From IMG/VR virus record IMGVR_UViG_3300033076_000271, positions 1 through 25,873 of that record: a stretch of 25,873 nt of DNA, one strand, 5' to 3'. Both the position numbers and the translations under genes were made by a program. Below the pieces are notes generated by a model that worked only from the letters and a program-made list of their open reading frames with translations, did not search any database and was not told the origin of the DNA. Source of the stretch: a virus (Duplodnaviria; Caudoviricetes). This document shows positions 23,850-25,873 of this stretch, piece after piece. Position 1 is the first letter of the stretch; each line of letters opens with the position of its first letter.

Positions 23850-24776
23850 CAGACTCGGCAGGACGGCCACCGCCGCCCGCAAGTCGGTCGAGGTCGTCCC
23901 CAGGTAGCGGGAGGTCATGGTGATGTCCGCATGGCCTAGAAGGTCTCGGATCGAGGCCAGATCCGCCCCGTTCTGTAGCAGCCAAGTCCCGTAAGTCCTC
24001 CTGAGGTCGTGAAGCCATACCTCGGGAAGCCCGGCTTTTTGCCTTGCCTCCTGAAAGCCACGATCCAGCGCCGTGGGGTTGATGCCGTAGGGGAACTTGG
24101 CGGGGTCGAGGTCCGGGGGGATGGGGATGGCTCTCGGCTTGCCTGACTTGGTGATCTCTACCAGCAGCGTCCGATCCCGGAAGTGATCGGGCCTGACCCG
24201 TAGGAACTCCGAGCGCCGAAGGCCGGTCATGAGGAACCAGCGCAAAGCCTCGCGCAGCGGGCCTCTGGAGGCCGCCATGAGGCGCAGGGCCTCGGCGTGG
24301 GTCAAGTACCTAGACCGCTTCCTCTCGCCTCCCAGAAGCGAAATCTTGGCCCCTAGGTCATTCGCCAGCCAGCCCCATTTCCGGAAGGCAAGCTTGGCAA
24401 CTCGCTTGAGGACCGCCAGCCTTCGGTTGATCGTGGCCGGCATGACGCCGTCTTTCCTGCCGCGCTCCTCGATCTCCCGGGCTACGTCCACAACCTCATC
24501 AAGAGAGCGCCCCTTGAGGCTGTCGAAAACTCGACGGACTATAGATTCGGTGGTTTTGCGGGACTTGAGAGTTCGGGCTTCCCCGTTCAGCCAGCGGAGG
24601 AAGGCTTCCTCAAGGGAATAGGTAGGGGTACGACCCGCCCTAGTGTCATTGACGCGCTGCCTGAGTTTGGCTTCGAGGAGCTGCGCGTCCCCCCGAGTCG
24701 CAACAGTGCGGCTAAATCTTCTCCCGCCGTGCTGAAGGCGAACTTCCCAGCCTCGTCCGTGGCGACGGATCGGCAT
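23799..24776 (-). CDS. int: Tyrosine recombinase (phage integrase)
   Basis: TGLRRSE (R), TKSGK (K), HDLRRT (HxxR), LLGH...MTSRY (H, Y); N-terminal arm-binding-like beta segment. Confidence 0.95.
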   Translation of the reverse strand: MPIRRHGRGWEVRLQHGGRRFSRTVATRGDAQLLEAKLRQRVNDTRAGRTPTYSLEEAFLRWLNGEARTLKSRKTTESIVRRVFDSLKGRSLDEVVDVAREIEERGRKDGVMPATINRRLAVLKRVAKLAFRKWGWLANDLGAKISLLGGERKRSRYLTHAEALRLMAASRGPLREALRWFLMTGLRRSEFLRVRPDHFRDRTLLVEITKSGKPRAIPIPPDLDPAKFPYGINPTALDRGFQEARQKAGLPEVWLHDLRRTYGTWLLQNGADLASIRDLLGHADITMTSRYLGTTSTDLRAAVAVLPSLRGRNWAGKRVARGKTG

Positions 24777-24931
24777 TTGCGCTTGTAGTCCTCCAAGTCC
24801 TCGCGGGCGATTCTAACGCAGCCCCGAATAGGGGTAGCGATCAGCCGGCCTGCGCGAATCTCTCGCTTGACGGTGGAGGGCGAAACTTTGAGTTCGGCCG
24901 CAGCTTCGGGGATGGTGAAGAGGTCGGACAC
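24587..24931 (-). CDS. xis: Excisionase (MerR-like winged HTH)
   Basis: LFTIPEAAAELKVSPSTVKREIRAGRLIA...VRIAREDLEDY; immediately upstream of and overlapping int. Confidence 0.85.
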   Translation of the reverse strand: MSDLFTIPEAAAELKVSPSTVKREIRAGRLIATPIRGCVRIAREDLEDYKRKCRSVATDEAGKFAFSTAGEDLAALLRLGGTRSSSKPNSGSASMTLGRVVPLPIPLRKPSSAG

Positions 24932-24958
24932 AGGCGCTGTGTTGGTTAGGGCGGATGG

Positions 24959-25234
24959 TTAAGTAGTGCGCCAAACCCGGTACTTGCCTTCCCCGATCTT
25001 GCGGATGGAGTAGGCGCGGCCCGGATTTGCCTTCTTGACCCTTGCCACGCTGCGCTTTGGCTTGGCGGTGTGTACCAGCGACTCCCCCGGCTCCATCGCC
25101 TCCAGAGCCTTCCTGAGCGCACCTTGCGGGCGTTTCGGGGCGGGAATGGCACGGCATCGCTCCAGCAGATACCCGGCCACGGTGCGGCTCTCGTAGCCTT
25201 CCAGCGGACGGACGGTGCGAAGGACGGCGCTCAC
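24959..25234 (-). CDS. Small basic putative DNA-binding protein (91 aa)
   Basis: Start reassigned to GTG 25234 (GTGA overlap with upstream stop); IPAPKR...MEPGES...YRVWR pattern seen in small phage proteins. Confidence 0.65.
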   Translation of the reverse strand: MSAVLRTVRPLEGYESRTVAGYLLERCRAIPAPKRPQGALRKALEAMEPGESLVHTAKPKRSVARVKKANPGRAYSIRKIGEGKYRVWRTT

Positions 25235-25873
25235 GATCGTTCCGGTGAGTTGGACTGGCGCTTGAGGGCACGGATCTTGTCCTCCCAATCCGTCGCCGTG
25301 TCGTCCGGGGAGTAGCACGCCAAGGCCGCGTCCAGGGCTTCATTCCATCCGCCATTCGTCTCGGCGCTGGAGGAGACTGGCGCTTCAGTGATGGCGCATT
25401 CCGACGCCTTCACGCAGCGCAACAGGCCGAAAAACGTTGTCCACGCCTCTGCCCATTGGGCGGGGTGTGTGTGTCCCATCATCCGGCTTGCGATGGCGTC
25501 CCGCACCTGATCGAACGTCGCCGCGCTGGAGGACAGGATGGACTCCAGTGCGGTGTACGCGCTGTACCTGACCCACTCGCCGTTGTCGCAGCGGTTGCCG
25601 CCGGAATTGAAGCGGGCTACGGGGCCGAAGGACTTGCCCTCCGTGATGGAGGACGGGGCGGATTCGGTGGCCGTCTGTCGCACGGAGGCGAACAGCCAGT
25701 TCAGCGTGTCCATGTCCTCGGCGTCCACCTTGCTGAACAGCTTGCCCATCGCCTTCGCCGGATCGGCGGGAATCTTGCCGTTCCAGTTCGGGATGCTCGG
25801 AGTGGTGGCAGACCGAGACGCATACTGGCACCCGTCAATCTGGCAAAGCGCGTGGGCATCCCCACCATTGGGG
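25231..25873 (-). CDS. Mosaic early-region hypothetical protein (5'-truncated by window edge)
   Basis: Frame of track ORF 25231..25749 stays open to the window end (...HALCQIDGCQYASRSATTPSIPNWNGKIPADPAKAMGK...); ends GWNEALDAA...IRALK. Confidence 0.65.
   Translation of the reverse strand, partial: PNGGDAHALCQIDGCQYASRSATTPSIPNWNGKIPADPAKAMGKLFSKVDAEDMDTLNWLFASVRQTATESAPSSITEGKSFGPVARFNSGGNRCDNGEWVRYSAYTALESILSSSAATFDQVRDAIASRMMGHTHPAQWAEAWTTFFGLLRCVKASECAITEAPVSSSAETNGGWNEALDAALACYSPDDTATDWEDKIRALKRQSNSPERS

Larger units (their letters stand above)
1..25873. mobile_element. Temperate podovirus-like phage genome segment (packaging, head, tail, lysis, attP, int/xis, early genes)
   Basis: Terminase-portal-scaffold-capsid-adaptor-nozzle-ejection-fibre-lysis order with overlapping stop/start codons; no tape measure, tube or sheath genes; tyrosine integrase; no host housekeeping genes seen. 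Confidence 0.95.

Overview
The whole window is one contiguous piece of a GC-rich temperate tailed phage genome with a short-tail (P22-like podovirus) gene order. The host is probably a Gram-negative bacterium, inferred from a lipoprotein, a GH24 lysin and a 3TM holin. A tightly coupled + strand late operon (1-23638) runs: terminase large subunit (5'-truncated), portal, a ~3.8 kb accessory block (fibre, Gly-rich adhesin, chaperone-like gene, HEXXH lipoprotein, small proteins), scaffold, major capsid, decoration protein, a three-gene sugar-modification cassette (Maf/DUF115-like transferase, GT-B glycosyltransferase, SAM methyltransferase), head-tail adaptor, tail nozzle, GNAT, three ejection proteins, tail fibre, and a lysis cassette interrupted by an HNH endonuclease. 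It converges on a - strand block (tyrosine integrase, excisionase, early genes) across an apparently intact attP. The most interesting items are (i) the glycosylation cassette translationally coupled to the capsid genes, a candidate virion O-glycosylation system, and (ii) an RNA-level regulatory layer. That layer comprises five recurring GYC-GNGA-GRC hairpins near gene starts, a four-hairpin GGA-loop leader before the scaffold gene, and two near-identical leftward extended -10 elements. One element precedes an unannotated 51-aa membrane protein and the other a candidate antisense RNA to the lysis leader. No searches or folding programs were run: family calls rest on motifs recognised by eye plus synteny, and base pairings were worked out by hand.
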